The notes below the pieces were generated by a model, which had not been told where the DNA came from, ran no database searches, and worked only from the letters and a program-made list of their open reading frames with translations. Shown piece after piece: positions 12,681-26,769 of a stretch of 64,000 nucleotides of DNA. Every line of letters begins with the position of its first letter. Within the stretch, counting starts at the first letter, position 1. Location of the stretch: positions 117,301,740-117,365,739 of the forward strand of contig NC_083401.1 in NCBI RefSeq assembly GCF_020745735.1, read 5' to 3'. A program made the position numbers and the translations under genes. The DNA is from Hemiscyllium ocellatum (taxonomy: Eukaryota).

Positions 12681-13428
12681 TGACAATGACTATTTGTCTA
12701 CGCTTTGTGTTGGCTTATCATGTGCATTTGTAGAGTGTTTGTAACTAATAAAGTGGATAATTCCTTATAGTCTCCTGAGATAAGGTTGTCCTTCTTATCT
12801 CAGAATTTACCTGAGCGTTTTTGGGGTTTCTGCTTCTAGCACACTTTGAATAGCTTTCCCTAAAGCCTTGAATGATCGTAAAATGTTCAGATTACAAATT
12901 TATGTTATGGATTGTCTACTTGGACAATCTCTGTTTTGAAAGGATTTTGTCTTATTATTTCTGGGAAACTGAAGTCAACAATTGCTTTAATTACTAGTAA
13001 ACTGACTTGGAGAGGACTGGGCCCCCCCATCCTAATGGTTGCCTAACAACCCTGTCTGTACATGGAGCTCAATTCTACAGATTCAGAGGTCTGCGTGTAA
13101 AGAAGAACCACAAAAGTTGCAAGGCTCCTTCCTGAAATTGATAGAAAGTTCAGCAGATGTGAGAAATTATCACATTTTATCCTTTGTCTCCAAACCCTTG
13201 TTACACAGGGATTATTTGTTCAAATTTGCTTTGTTTTAAAGTATATTGCTAAGGCATGTCCTTTTTTGTGTTGTATGAGTGTATCTATGTATGGGGTAAA
13301 AGGATTACATTTTTTAATTCTCGAGGGTTAAGCAGAGGTTGAGAATTTAAGAATTAGTTTTGCTCAAAGTAAACATATTATTTTGAATTCATTAAGTCTG
13401 TTGGGTTTTTCTTTTGTTTTTGACAGTA

Positions 13429-14135
13429 CAGGTAGTTTTCGTATATTGCTGAAGTTGCATTCCAGTGAAACCTCGCTTGTTAGAAAATCGCATAATATAA
13501 ATAATGGGGTCTATGGGAAAAGTGGGGTTGGAGCAGACCAGCAAAAATATCACTCCTGGTCGCTCAAAAATCACCCAAACATCTAATGCAAAGTATAACA
13601 CAGCCTGAATGAAGGTATAGATCATATTTATTAATAAAACAAAGTAAATTTAACATGGTAGTTTGAAAAAATATTGTTAATGCAAGGACAGAGGGTCATC
13701 ATGGTGCCTAAGATAAACTCCTTCATTCCTGTTAAGTGAGTTAAATCACATTTTCCCATTTTGCTCTAAATGCTTTATAATATGTAGCTTCCCTTCCAGT
13801 GTTATAGATTTTTTTTGCATTCACCACATGCAATTTTATCACCAGGTTGCTTTTTGTAACATTCTTGTCACTATGCCGCTCTATCTTTTCAAAAAAAGGG
13901 ATAATAGGAATAGTGTACCTTTCACAGGAAACTGCTCAATGTACTCTCTGAGAAAACTGCTCTGTCAGTGGTTAACATCGGCGCATATTCAGAAAGAGGT
14001 GCGCCAAACGATTACCACTGGAATTGTGCTTCTGTGAAAAGAGGTAACCATTCTTGAAAATACCATTCGTTAATTCCTCATCAACATTATAAGCAAGTCA
14101 TGCTGCCGGAAGGCACGTTATCCAAGAACTACCTG
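13429..14135. mobile_element. non-autonomous Tc1/mariner (pogo/Tigger-like) element
   Basis: TA|CAGGTAGTT...AACTACCTG|TA: imperfect TIRs of about 22 bp with TA on both flanks. Confidence 0.7.
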
Positions 14136-14299
14136 TAGTACTAAAGAGGAAAGAATTTGTCATTTGGTAATTGAATCAAAAAATTTGCACTAAATTGTTT
14201 TCTTAGTGAAGTAATGGTCTTGATTCTTAGTCCATTCATCCCATCAAAGTCATAACAAGAAACTCATCAATAATTCCTCAAAGGATTGTATCTCTTTTC

Positions 14300-17200
14300 T
14301 GTCAATAGGACTTTAAACTAATTAGTGTGTGGATGTGGAGGGGAGAGTTCAATTGAAGGTAGGTTTAAATGAGAAAAAGAAATGAGAGAACAGAGCTGAG
14401 AGATAGTAAAAACATAAGTGAATATCAAAGTGTGACCAAAGGAGCAGGAAATGAATGCAGAAGAGTGCAGCAGAAATTAGAGCTAGAATAGTAACAAAAG
14501 TAAAGTCAAAATTTGAGGATCTGTTTGTAAGGACAAGGTAGATGAGTTAATGGCACAAATAGAAATAAATAGAAACAAATAGAATATGACTTGACAGCTA
14601 TTAAGGAATGTGGTTGCTGGGTGACTAACTCAATATTCATGGGCATTCAACATTCCAGGAAAATAGGTAAAATGGAAAAGGAGATGAGATAGCATTGTGA
14701 ATAAAGGGAGCTATCTGTGGAGTGATGGGTAATGTCCTGCATTGGATCATGATATGAAATCAGTTTGGATAGAAATAAGGAATAGCAAAGAAAATAAGTC
14801 ATGGATGGGAGTCATTTATTGGATTCCAAAGAGTTGCTTCACTCTAGGCCAAAATATGTATCAAGTATTAATGGAGCCGTATAAGAAGGGCACTACAATT
14901 AGCATGGATAATTTTAACCTGCTATTGACTGCACAAATCAGGTAGGCAAAATTAACAAGGAAGATGAATTTGTAGAATGCATCAGGGATTATTTCTTAGA
15001 ATAGTATCTTGCACATCTTCCTCAGAACAGTCTATTTTAGATCTATTAGACCACACTTTTAGAAGAAAGCATCACACACACACCAACCATCATCAATCAC
15101 ATTACCAACGAAAACATCATAAAGCTAGTGGACACCATAGTCTACAAACAAACCAACAGCACACTCATGGGATCTCCACTATCAGGATTCATAGAAGAAG
15201 TTGTAATGCAAAGGCTAGAACAAACAGTCCTACCAACCATCAAACCAAAAATCTGGGTCAGCTACGTAGATGACACCTTTGTCATCACAAAACAAAACAA
15301 GATAGAAGAGACATTTAACATCATCAACAACACCCTCACAGGCATAATGTTCACCAAGGAGGAAGAAACCAACAACAAACTCGCATTCCTGGACGTCACA
15401 ATCGAAAGAAAGGACAACGGGGAACTACAAATTTGCGTATACAGAAAACCGACAAACACTGACCAAATACTTAACTACACCAGCAACCATCCCAACACAC
15501 ACAAACGAAGCTGTATCAGAACACTATTCCAATGAGCCACCACACACTGCAGCACAGACAAACATAGGAAAACAGAGGAGAACCACTTATACAACGTATT
15601 CAAGAAGAACAGATACTCAAATAATACAGTGCGCAGATTCCTCAAGAGCAAACCATGACAAGCAGACCAAACATGGCCAGAAACCCTAATCACTTTACCA
15701 TACATCAAAGAAGTTTCAGAAATGACAGCCAGACTACCAAGATCCCTCGGAATCCTAGTAGCACCCACCAACACTCTCAAACAAAAACTAACGAATTTAG
15801 AAGACCCAGTACAACCCATGGACAAAACCAACGTCATCTACAAAATTCCATGCAAGGACTGCCACAAACACTACGTAGGACAAACAGGAAGAAAATTAGC
15901 CACTAGGATACATGAACACCAGCAAGCCACAAAAAGACACGACCCTCTGTCCCTCGTAGTCCTACACATGAATGAAAAAAAACACCATTTCGACTGGGAC
16001 AACACATCTATCCTGGGACAGGCTAAGCAAAGACATGCCAGAGAATTCCTAGAGGCCTGGCACTACAACCACAATGCCATAAACAAACGCACAGATCTAG
16101 ATGCCATCTATCAACCCCTCAAAAAACAAACAGGAAATGACATCACCATCAACCCCAGGAACCCCATCCAGGAGAAAGATATAAATAGAAAACAGGAGAC
16201 AACAGCTTCACTTCACTTGGAGTTTGCCACTGATAATGTTACCTAGCCAGGTAATGAAAGGTCTGGATATCAAACCTACAGCTCAGCGTGCAAACCTACA
16301 CCATAAAGAATAATGAGCAAGGAATAGTAGGAAATCCTGTAATTAACAATCTTCTGAAGGGGTTATGATCCCAACATGGTAGAATTTCAAATTCACTTTG
16401 AGGGAAAGCAACTCAGGTCTTGAACCAGAGTCCTCAATTTAAATAGGGCAATTACAGTTGTATGAAGAAAGGGTTGTTGGAAGTGGGCTGGGAAAATAGA
16501 CTAAGGGAGGAGAGCAGTAGATGAGCAGTGGTGGGCATTTAAGCAGATATTTCATAATGGTCTGCAAAAATTCATTGGGAAAAAGAAAGACTCTATGAGA
16601 AAGATGAACCACTGTGGTTAACAAAGATGGTCAAGAAGAGTACTTAATCAAAAACCAAGACATACAAAGTAGAAACACTAGTGGTAGGGCAGAGGATTTG
16701 ATAGTTTTTGAAACCAGCAGTGGATAACTAAGAAGTCAATAAAAAGGGAGAAAAGTCATTGTCAAAGCAAATTGGTAAGAAATATTAAAAAAACAAAGAG
16801 CAAGAGCTTCTATGTGTATATAAAGGAGAAAATAGATAAAATGATCCTTTGAAGATATGACTAGGAAATTGATGATGGATAAAAGGGAAATAACAGCCAA
16901 TATTTTTTATTAGCAGAAGTCATGAAGGACACTATAAACATCCCAAAGATATCAGATAAGCAATGTGCTGGCAGGAAGAAAGGTTCTTTTTTAACAGTCT
17001 CTATCATGAAGGACAAAATATTGAACAAACTAATGGGACTGAAGGCAGTCAAGGCAGCAGAATCTGACTGACTGCATCCAAGGGTTTTAAAGCAATTTAC
17101 TACAGGGATAGTGGAGATATTGGTTCAAATATTCCTGATGTCACTGGAGGGTTCCTGTGGACTGGAAAGCCACTAATGTAGGAATGCTGTTTAAGAAGGA

Positions 17201-17970
17201 AAGGTGACAGAAAACTTAGCCTAGCATATATTGTTGGAAAATGCTGGAGTCCATTATTATCAAACAGAGCCAGTATGACATTGTGAAATGGAAATTTTGT
17301 TTGACAAATTTGTAGCAGTTCTTTGAAGATGTAACAAGTTGAGCTGATATAGGGAATCTGGCAGATATAGTGTATTGGATTTCTACAATACATTTGATAA
17401 GATGCTACATAAAAGGCACAATATAGGAGCTCTCATTATTGGGGATTATGTATTTGCATGGATTATGGATTGGTAAATGCACAGAAGACAGAGGGTTAGA
17501 TGAATGTGTCTTCTTCGTATTGGGAAAACATAACTAGTGGACTGACATAAGGAACAGTCCGAAGGCCTCGATTATTTACCATTGATATTAAACACTTGGA
17601 GGAGCCGGCACAGTGTATTATTTATATTCCCTAATGTTACCGTTGTCTTAAAGTTTTTCAATATCTTCCCATGTGTTTGCAATATTTTATATTGCACTTC
17701 TGTCAACTTAAATCTACTCCACAGTGTTATTGATGATATGAACTGAGTATAAATGAATTTAATGGTCCTTATTACTGGAACTGTACCTCATGGTGCATGC
17801 TTTATATACTGGCAATGCTCACTGTCAATGGTCAGTGATCCTCTTTATGAAAGATTTTTGGTGTATGCAGGATTGTAGAGTTAAGTTTCAAATCAGATCA
17901 GCCATAATCTCTGAATGGTGGAGCGGATTCAAAGAACTGAGTGGCCTACTCTTGTTACTTGTTTCTATGT
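14300..17970 (+). mobile_element. CR1 LINE, long decayed copy (endonuclease to RT), split by a Penelope insertion
   Basis: SVWIEIRNSK...MGVIY...MDNFN (APE endonuclease, ORF 14742); FFEDVT...VYWIS RT remnants near 17320-17400. Confidence 0.75.
15046..16308 (+). mobile_element. Penelope-like element (Poseidon/Penelope type), 5'-truncated: RT, GIY-YIG and pLTR
   Basis: MGSPLSG...WVSYVDDTFVI...FLDVTI...VYRKPTNTDQILNYTSNHP (RT) and NVIYKIPCKDCHKHYVGQTGRKLATRIHEH (GIY-YIG); internal stops; degenerate HHR 16227-16266. Confidence 0.93.
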
Positions 17971-19494
17971 TGATTTATTCATTTGTTTATCTTCTATTTT
18001 TGTCAATCTGATCTTTTGTGCCATTAATTTAACATTTTTCTCAGAGCTCTGAAACAAATATTTATCAACCAAACCTTGAATTCAGACTGTCCCTACAATT
18101 TCTTCTGTTATAGAACTTTAAAAAACTGTGAATTATGACTTTTCCTCTTGCTCTCTTCCTAGCCATTTTAGCACTGTTTCCCTTATCATCTCTGACATGA
18201 ATATTTTAGCCTGATGCCCAGCTTTTGTGTAGCTGTTCTTTCCAAAGGTCCTGCAGACTAGTTTCTGCAGCTTGTAGTTATTGACTGGCTTTCTGAGTAT
18301 TCTGAAACAGCAGTGTTCTTTATTTGGTGCTCTCTTCTGAATTTTTTCTTCTTTTCACCCATTTTTTCTTAACATCTCTCACCATTGGTAACTATATTTA
18401 TGATATGGGCTATTGGCAGCTTGTGGTTTGAGTAGAGTATTGTCACCAATTCTCATTTTCCATTCTATGTCTAAGGATATGTTTGATTAACAGAGACAAA
18501 GGAAAATCCGCTATTGGATCTTAACGAGAAGAGATACATCCTTTGTAGCGAGATGAAATTAATTATGTGTTAGTGCTATATACAAGTTACATTGGATAAT
18601 TACATTATTGGGAAAGACTAACAGTAGCAGGACCTGACATTTCCAGCCTCATTGAGTTTTAAAGCTAGATTCCTCTGACTCATCCAAGATTAGATGAGAT
18701 CATTAGATTGGGTAGAGCCTAACATGCTCTCTAACATGAACTCTTTTGAAGCATTACCCTATTACAAAAATTAGTAAAGTTGTAACCACAGTGGCAAATT
18801 GTAGATATTAACTAATAAACTGAGGAAAATCACAGTGAAAATATTCTTGTGTATTTTGAATTTTTGTATTTTGCTCATTTTTTCACAGAACCCCAGTCGA
18901 TTCATGTTAAAGCAGGAATGTGTGAGTCAATGGAATGAAATTAAAATAGCTTTAGCAATCAGTTGAATAAAAATGGCAACAGACTGTTCATCCTTTTATG
19001 ACAGTGCGAACAAAAGGAATGCAATGAGCTGCTTTCTGATCTGACTTGCTGCATAGTTTTGAAGCTATCTGTTGAGTTGTAGCATATTGCTGTGATCTTC
19101 TACCTAAGAGGCATTTGTTAATGAGCGGTCCCAAATGACAGAAGTAAAAGAGCAATAAATTATTGGGAGTATCTGTAGCTGTATAAATACTAACTCAATT
19201 ATACTTTAAGGCATCTTCGCAGACTTCCAGTAAAATACAATTACCAGATTACTATAAGCAGTTAAATGTTATATTAATTTTGGGAACCCAGCACAAATAA
19301 TGAATTGTAATTGGTCTCCTGTGATGGTACATTTTCTAAGACCTAAATTGTTATCTGTGACTTCAATACAATCCATAACGAGTTACTCAATTTGCTTATT
19401 TAATCAGCAACATTTTCAAAAGACTGGTGTACAACAAAGTGAGAAACAAAGTGTACCAGTTTGAGTTGAATTCTGAGCACAGGAAGAGGCTCAT

Positions 19495-20765
19495 ATAGCA
19501 CCCGTGCTTAAGAAGGGAGGGAGGCAGAAGGCAAGAAACTATAAAATCTTAGCAAGACTGAGGTCATGTTAACCAGGCTAGAGTCCATTATAAGGGGTGA
19601 GTTTGCAGAGTATTTGGAAGTGCATGATAATATAAGGCTGAGGCAACAAGCTTTATCAAGGGGAAGTCATGTCTGACAAATCTACTAGACTTCTTTTGAG
19701 GGGGTAAGGATTAAGTTAAACAAAGGAGAGCCAGTAGATGTGATTATTTTGGATTTCCTAAAGACCTTTGACAAGGTGCTGCTAAATAAAATAAGAGTCC
19801 ATGTTGTTGGGGGCAAGATACTGGCATGGATAAAGGATTGGCTGACTGACAGAAGGGGTCTTTATCAGAATGGCAACTGGTGATGAGTGAAGTTCTGCAG
19901 GGCTCCATGTTGGGACCAGAACTATACGCATTGTATATTAACCATTTGGACAATGGAACAGAGGACATTGTTGCTAAGGTTGAAGATGACACAAGGATAG
20001 CTGTAGTGGCAAATTGTGCTGATGAAGCAGGAAGACTGCAGAAGGACTTGAAAAGGCTAAGAAAAAGGGCAAGAAGTGGCACATAGAATGCAAAGTGGAT
20101 ATTGTGAGGTTATGCACTTTGATAGGAAGAATAGAGATGTTAGACTATTTTCTAAATGGGTAAAAGCTTTGGAAATCTGAAGCAAGAAGACTTGGACTCT
20201 CTTCAGGTTAACATTCAGGGTCAATTGGCGGTTAGGAAGGCAAATGCAATGTTAACATTCATTTCAAGTGGGCTACAGTACCAGAGCTGGGATTTATTGC
20301 TGAGATTGTATAAGGCTCTGGTCAGGCTGCATTTTGAATATTGTGGATAGTGTTGTGCTCTGTATCTAAAGAAGAGTCTCCTGGCAATGAGGGAGTCCAG
20401 CAGAGTTTACAAGCATGATCCTGGGGATGACAAGCTTATCGTATGAGGAGCGGTTGAGGACTCTTGATTTGTACTCAATGGAGTTTGAGAGGGATGATGT
20501 GGAGGGGGAGATCTGAGTGAAACTGATAGAATACTGAGAAACCTAGATGAAGTGAATGTAGAGATGCTTTCAATATAAGAGAGACCAGGACCCAAAGGCA
20601 CAGCCTCAGAGTGAAGGGGCAAGCATATATAACTGAAATGAAGAATTTCTTCAGCCAGAGGTGGTTAATCTACTGAAGTCATTGCCACAGAGAGCTGTGG
20701 AGGCCAGGTCTTTGAGTGTATTCAAGGTTCTTGATTGATAAGGAGATCAAGGGTTACAGGAAGAA
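19495..20765 (+). mobile_element. CR1 LINE 3' RT region, decayed
   Basis: LQGSMLGPELYALYINHLD...AKVEDDT, LLRLYKALVRLHFEYC. Confidence 0.85.
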
Positions 20766-20769
20766 CAAA

Positions 20770-21010
20770 AAGCAATGAATAATGCAGCACAGGAATCTTC
20801 AGTCCACCAAACCTACACTGCCACATTTGCCCTTCCACACTAAAACTGTTTTCACTTACAGGATCCGTATACCCCTATTCCCTCCCTATTAATGTATTCA
20901 TCCAGGTGCTTCTTGAATACTGCTATTGTGTCTGCTTCCACCACCTCCTCTGGCAGCAGTTCCAGGCATTCGCCATTTTTTGTGTGAAAATCTTACTTTG
21001 CGCATCTTTT
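20770..21010 (-). mobile_element. CR1 3' end (left half of the copy split by the L1)
   Basis: CR1 3' terminal sequence (TTCCACCACCTCCTCTGGCAGC); continues at 26770-27480. Confidence 0.7.
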
Positions 21011-21274
21011 TAAAAAGATTTATTGGTTTTTCTCCAAAAACTGACAGCAGAACAAGCAATAAACAACAGTAAACATAACCCTAACCACCCTCCCAACGGC
21101 ATATACCTCCCCCAAAAACACACAGGAAAAAAGACAAACAATCCTAATAAATATGAACATATACAAAACACAAAACCATAATAAATTAGACTTGCAGTAA
21201 GATAATTGCATTAGCGAAAGAAAAAGGAAGAAAAAAAAAATCACCAGAACAGTAGATATCTCCGTCTGGAACAG

Positions 21275-24200
21275 TTAAAAAGATAACACCCTTAACATAT
21301 GAAAGAAAAGGGTTCCAGATTTTTGGAAATTTGTCAGAGGAGCCAGATGAGGATAATCTAATCTTTGTAATTTAAGAAAATTTAGAACATCTCTAATCCA
21401 GTGTGTATGAATAGGCAGAATTAGGGATTTCCATTTTAACAATATCAATCTTCTGGCCAATAGGGTAGTGAATGCTATCATATCTTTTTTAGAGGAAGAA
21501 AGATTATGTAAAAAGAGTGACACACCAAACAAAGCTGTAATAACATTAGGAGTAGGATTTTCACTAGATACCTTAGATAAGATGTCAAAGTTTTCAGTCC
21601 AATATCTACTTAACGAAGAGTAAAGCCAGAACATGTGTGTATAATTTGCTGGGGTTCTTGGCACTGATCACAGGATGGAGACACCTCCTCAAATATTGTT
21701 GCAAGTCAAGCTTTGGTGTAGTGGGTGTGGTGTAGAATATTGCATTGAATAAAATAATGTTTTGCACAGATAGAAGATCTGTGCACCCTTTGTAAAATCT
21801 CATCCCACACATCACACAGGATTACCTCTTCCAGATCTGCTTCCCTGAAAGTTATAATAGAATCAGAAGAATCTGAGCATACTTTATGAATGTTTAAATA
21901 AATAGCTGAAGTAGCCCCATTTAATGAAGAAAGCGGTTCTAGAAAGATGTCAATATCAGAATCATTAGGAAGGGCTAGAACACCTGAAATGAATTACGGA
22001 CAAAACTGCGAACTTGGAGGTATCTGAAGAAGTGGCTTTTAGGAAGTGAAAACTTATCAACTAACTGTTGAAAAGATACAAAAACACCATCAACATATGT
22101 CTTTCACAGTTTTTATTCCTAACTAAATCCAACCAGAAAAGGCACTGCCCACAAAATGTAGGGGAGAAATATGATTTGCCGCCGTAGTAGAAAATGACTG
22201 AAAGCCAAAGTGGCGGCTAAATTGAAACCAAATTTTTAGACAGGATAAAGCAATTACATTGTTCATGTAAATAGAGGTTGAAGAAAGAAGAGATGATTGC
22301 AATAAAGCCTTCAATGTTACTCGATGGGTCGAATTTGCCTGAATAGTCAACCAAATTGGAGGAGTATCAAGGTTCTCATATTGGAGCCAATAGTTCAAAT
22401 TTCTAATATTTGCTGCCCTGTAATAAAACAAAATATTCAGCAGTGCCATTCCACCTATACCTTAGGCCTCTGTAACAACTGTTTTCATAACCTAGAATTT
22501 TTCATTGTTCCAAATAAATTCAAGGATGAGACTGTCTACTTTCCGGAAGAAGGAAAGAGGGAGAACAATTGGTGTGCATTGAAATAAATAGGAAAATTGT
22601 GTCAAATATTAATTTTAATGGAATTACTTCTAGCAGTAACAGATAAATTAAGGAAAGACCATCGTTCAAAGTCTTGTTTAATTTGTATCAGTAATGGTTC
22701 AAAATCTTTCCTGTACAACTTACCTTGTGTACACCAAGATAAACAAAGCCAGATTTGCCAGTTTTAAATGGTTAATTATCTAGTGGGTATTCCCTGGCAG
22801 ATTTATTGACAGCAATTACCTCACTTCTGCTAAAATTCAACTTATACCCAGAAATTAGATTAGATTAGATTACTTACAGTGTGGACGGGCAATTTAGCAT
22901 GGCCAATTCACCTAACCTGCACATTTTTGGACTGTGGGAGGAAACCGGAGCACCCGGAGGAAACCCACGCAGACACGGGGGGAATGTGCAAACTCCACAC
23001 AGTCAGTTGCCTGAGAATTGAAATCTTACTGATAAATTCTAAAATTAAAAGAATGGAGAGAGATAAGTTCAAGACAAATAGCAAAAGGTCACCTGCATAG
23101 AGGGCAACCTTCAGCTCCACACCATCTGTAATAATGCCAGAAAAATCAGGATGAATCTGTAGAACAATAGGCAGAGGTTCAATTACAATGGCAAACAGCA
23201 GTGGACTAAAAGGACAACCTTGTCTAGTGGAACGATAAAGGTGGAAATAACCAGAATTCAGGTTATTTGTCCTAACAGAGGCTCATGATGATGCATAGAG
23301 TAGTTTGATCCAAGAAATAATTTTTTCCTCAAAGCCAAACTTCTCCAAAGTTAAGAAAACATAATTCCATTCCATTTTATCAAGGGCTTTTTCAGCATCT
23401 AAAGATATCAAAGCCTTAGGGTGAGTGGAGGGAAGAATTGTAAACAACGTTAAATACCCGTATAAAATAAAAAAAAGGAGTGCTTGTTGTGAATAAATCC
23501 AGTTTGGTCCAAGGATATGATAGATGGAAGGATGGTTTCCAAACGTCAGCTTTGACAATGATTTAAAGTCAACATTATGGGACGATATGAACCACACATT
23601 AAGGGATCTTTGCCTTTCTTTAAAAGTAAAGAAATTGATGGCTGAGTTAAAGTTTGAGGAAGACAGCCAGAATTAAACTCTTCAACAAACACACCTACCA
23701 AAGTGGAGCCAGCTTTTTCCAAAATGTTTTATAAAACTCAGTTGGAAAACCATTGGGTACAGGACTTTTGCTACTTTGTAGTGATCTAGCTGCAATGTCA
23801 AATTCTATTGCTGTGATTGGTTGTTCCAATTCCTTTGCTACATTTTGAACAATAGTCGAAACATTAATCTTATCAAAAATGGTATCAATATCTGCTGTAG
23901 CAGAAGAACATTCGGATGTAGTAAGTGAAATGTAAAATTCCTTCAAAGTTGTATTGATTTCTGATGTGACACCTGGATTATCTTTAATTTGTGAGATTCA
24001 TTGGTATGAGGACATTTCGCGCAACTGATGTGCCAACAATTTACTAGTTCTGTCTCCTTGTTCGTAAAATTTAGACCTGGAGTGAAGTAAAAGCTCAGAG
24101 GTGCATTGTGACATAATAACATCATACTCAGCCTGGAGGGATATGCGTTATTTATATACGTCTGAAAACTTAGAGATTGCATAAAGAGAGTCTAATTGAG

Positions 24201-25096
24201 ACAGACGTTTGCTAACCATGCCAATTTCTCTTTCCTAAATCTATTCTCATGTGCTGCATAAGAAATTATTTCACACCTGGTTAATGCCTTCAGGGTTTCC
24301 CACAGCAAGGAAACTGAAATGTCTGGGATTTTGTTACTTTTAAAAAATATATCCACTGAGAGACAAAATTAACAAAATCTTTCTCTAAGCTTGTATTGAG
24401 ATGCCAAGGTGAGCGTGTATTAAAAAATTTCTGAAAGCGAACATTCACAGAGACAGATGCATGGTCTGACAAAACAATTGAATCATATTTGCAATCAGAA
24501 ATAGATGTGAGCAGTTTGTCATCTACCAAAAAGAAATCAATACATGTAACAGTGTGGTGGAGGTGTGAAAAAAACAATTCCTTGCTAGAGGGATTAAAGA
24601 ACCATCAGGGATCAACAACAATAAACTCCTCCATAACAGTCTTAATTATTTTAGCAGATTTGGACTGGGCACTTGGAATAGAGGAAGAGCGGTCTAAGTG
24701 AGGATTCAATCAACAGTTAAAATCTCCTCCCAAAATTAACTGGTGTGAACATATATTCGGTACCATTGAAAGAAACTGTCTGAAAAAACCCTCATCTTCC
24801 CAGTTGGGAGCATAAATATTAGCCAAAGTCAAAAATCTGTTGTAAATGAAAGCAACTCTTCTAGATCTGCTCGAAAAGGAGGAAAAATATACTTATCCAA
24901 TCCAACCTCGTTTCAACTAAGGCCTGTCTATACTTTTCGAGTGGGTTTCTTGTAAATACATTATTTGGGCATTACTGTGGCATAAATAATGTAAAACCTT
25001 ACTGCATTTAATTAGGTTGTTCAGGCCCTTGTAATTCAGACTGGCAAATTTAATGACCCCACCTACCAAAGGTGGTGAAGCATTAAACTGTGTCAT
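21275..25096 (-). pseudogene. L1 ORF2 (APE endonuclease, RT, C-terminal domain), disrupted
   Basis: Collinear ORF fragments 24290, 23695, 23283, 22908, 22123, 21275 with L1 motifs; many frameshifts and stops. Confidence 0.88.
22856..23019 (-). mobile_element. HE1-like V-SINE, truncated and internally deleted, inside L1 RT
   Basis: V-domain and (ATCTA)n tail; TSD GAAAT (22851-22855 / 23020-23024); removing it restores L1 ISKISGYKLN. Confidence 0.9.
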
Positions 25097-25669
25097 ATGT
25101 AATAATCACACGTAAAATCCCAAATGTGCAATAATAGATAAACAAATGTAAACCTTGTAAAAGTGAGGCATGTGCCGCCCCAACCCCATCACCATCACCA
25201 TCGCCAGAACAAAACAAATTCCACCCCAGCCATAGCAGTATCCCCCCAAATAGAATACCTGCCCACCAAACCCTTCCCCTCCCAGCAGAAGCATCCTCGA
25301 GATGGGTGCGTGCTCTCTTCCCCCATAGTAAAAAAAAACTGTCGTCTTTTGTAGCTCAAACAAGCTACACGGTGACCTCGGGGAATGTAAGTTAACTGTA
25401 CAAAAAATACAAAGCAAAAATGAGTGAAAATGTAAACGTAATAAAAATATATATTGTGTATAGTTAAACAATTCAACTCTATATTCTTTGTTACCTAAAA
25501 AGCAACATTTCGACAAAATAAAATCTTGAGTAAAACAACATGTACCTCTTCGCGAACGAAGTCAATTATAAGAAGAATACCAAATCCAAGTCCATAAACA
25601 CAGTATACTGATCATCTTGATCTCCACAGTGGGAAATGTAGTTTTTGTCCGTGGTAGCATAAAGCTAAT

Positions 25670-26672
25670 GTTCAATCAGCCTGGTTAGACCCAAGCATCA
25701 ATCTGGCTCTGGAACCGCAACCTTTTTATGGTTTTTATTTAGACAGACCATAGCCCGACCCGGGTCATCAAACTATGAGTTAGGCCATTTGATATGTAAT
25801 ATCACCGGATAACAAAGGCCAAATTTAACATTAGGATATAAGTGTAACTCCTTCTTTACCAAGGCAAAAACCGCATGCTACTTAGCCGCAGTCAAAGTGG
25901 AATCCAGAAAAATGAATACTCTCCTTCCATTATATACAAGGGGAGAAGCATTTCCAGCACAGTGTAGAATGTGATTTCTCACTTGAAACTGGTTCATTCT
26001 GACAACCATCGAGTAAGATAACTAGCCTTCTTTTGGTTTAGCACATAATGTGCAATGAGCCCTATCCAACATGGATTTAGCCTCAAGTCTGAGCCCAAAA
26101 CATTGATTCTCCTGCTCCTCAGATGCTGCCTGACCGGCTGTGCTTTTCCATCTCCAGACTTTTTGACTCTCATCTCCAGCATCTGCATTTCCCACTTCCT
26201 CCAATTCCTATAAAAGTTGGGCCAAAATTCTGTGGGGTGAGGATCCTCCAATCTCTCAGGTAAACCCACAAGTCGAATATTATTCCACCTGGAGTAGGCT
26301 TCCAGGTTTTCACATTTCTTAGTCAGAGACTCAACCATAGCAGATCACACATTAACAGTAGCTTGGATGCTTGCTATCTAGTTATCATGCTCATTCACCG
26401 AATGTTCCAGGTCCAAAATAGTCCCGCATTGCGAAGAAACTTTATCCTCCAATGGCTTCAGAGCAGTTGTTACCTCCATTTTAACTGTCTCTGAAATTAT
26501 AGATTCAAACTTGGTAATGATTTCAGTCCACATATCATCCATCATGTCCTTTATGCGACCTAGCATGGCTTCACTAGTATCCGGCTTTTCTGGAGACTCA
26601 GGCTCAGGCGAATGGGCATGGCCTAGCATGACTGGACATGGCTGATTTTATTTTGGTTTGAGAAGTAGCCAT
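25670..26672 (-). pseudogene. L1 ORF1 (Transposase_22-like), disrupted
   Basis: ORF fragments 26378-26629 and 25994-26338; interrupted by a PLE-derived insertion at about 26094-26201. Confidence 0.8.
26094..26201 (+). mobile_element. Penelope pLTR-derived short insertion in L1 ORF1
   Basis: CCCAAAACATTGATTCTCCTGCTCCTCAGATGCTGCCTGACC...TCCAGCATCTGCA, same family as 41142 and 50728; no clear TSD. Confidence 0.75.
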
Positions 26673-26769
26673 TTGAAAGGATACAGGTAAAAGTGGTCGT
26701 GTTTAGAAAAAATGACCAAACGGAGAGTGGAGGGCATGTAACGACCAAATTTAAGAAACCAAAATATAT

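Larger units (their letters stand above)
21012..26765 (-). mobile_element. near-full-length L1 LINE (ORF1, spacer of about 570 bp, ORF2), pseudogenised
   Basis: ORF1 coiled coil plus LEAYSRWNNIRLVGLPE and LDRAH; ORF2 ATG at 25096 (MTQFN...SLNYKGLNN...YLQETH), IDFFLV...LSDHA, SLDAEKA, RQGCPFSPLLF, LYAGD; AATAAA on minus at about 21019-21024. Confidence 0.92.

Noticed and set aside
12730-13420. Possible solo LTR
   Set aside because: LTR-like composition, but no clear TG...CA ends or TSD could be fixed
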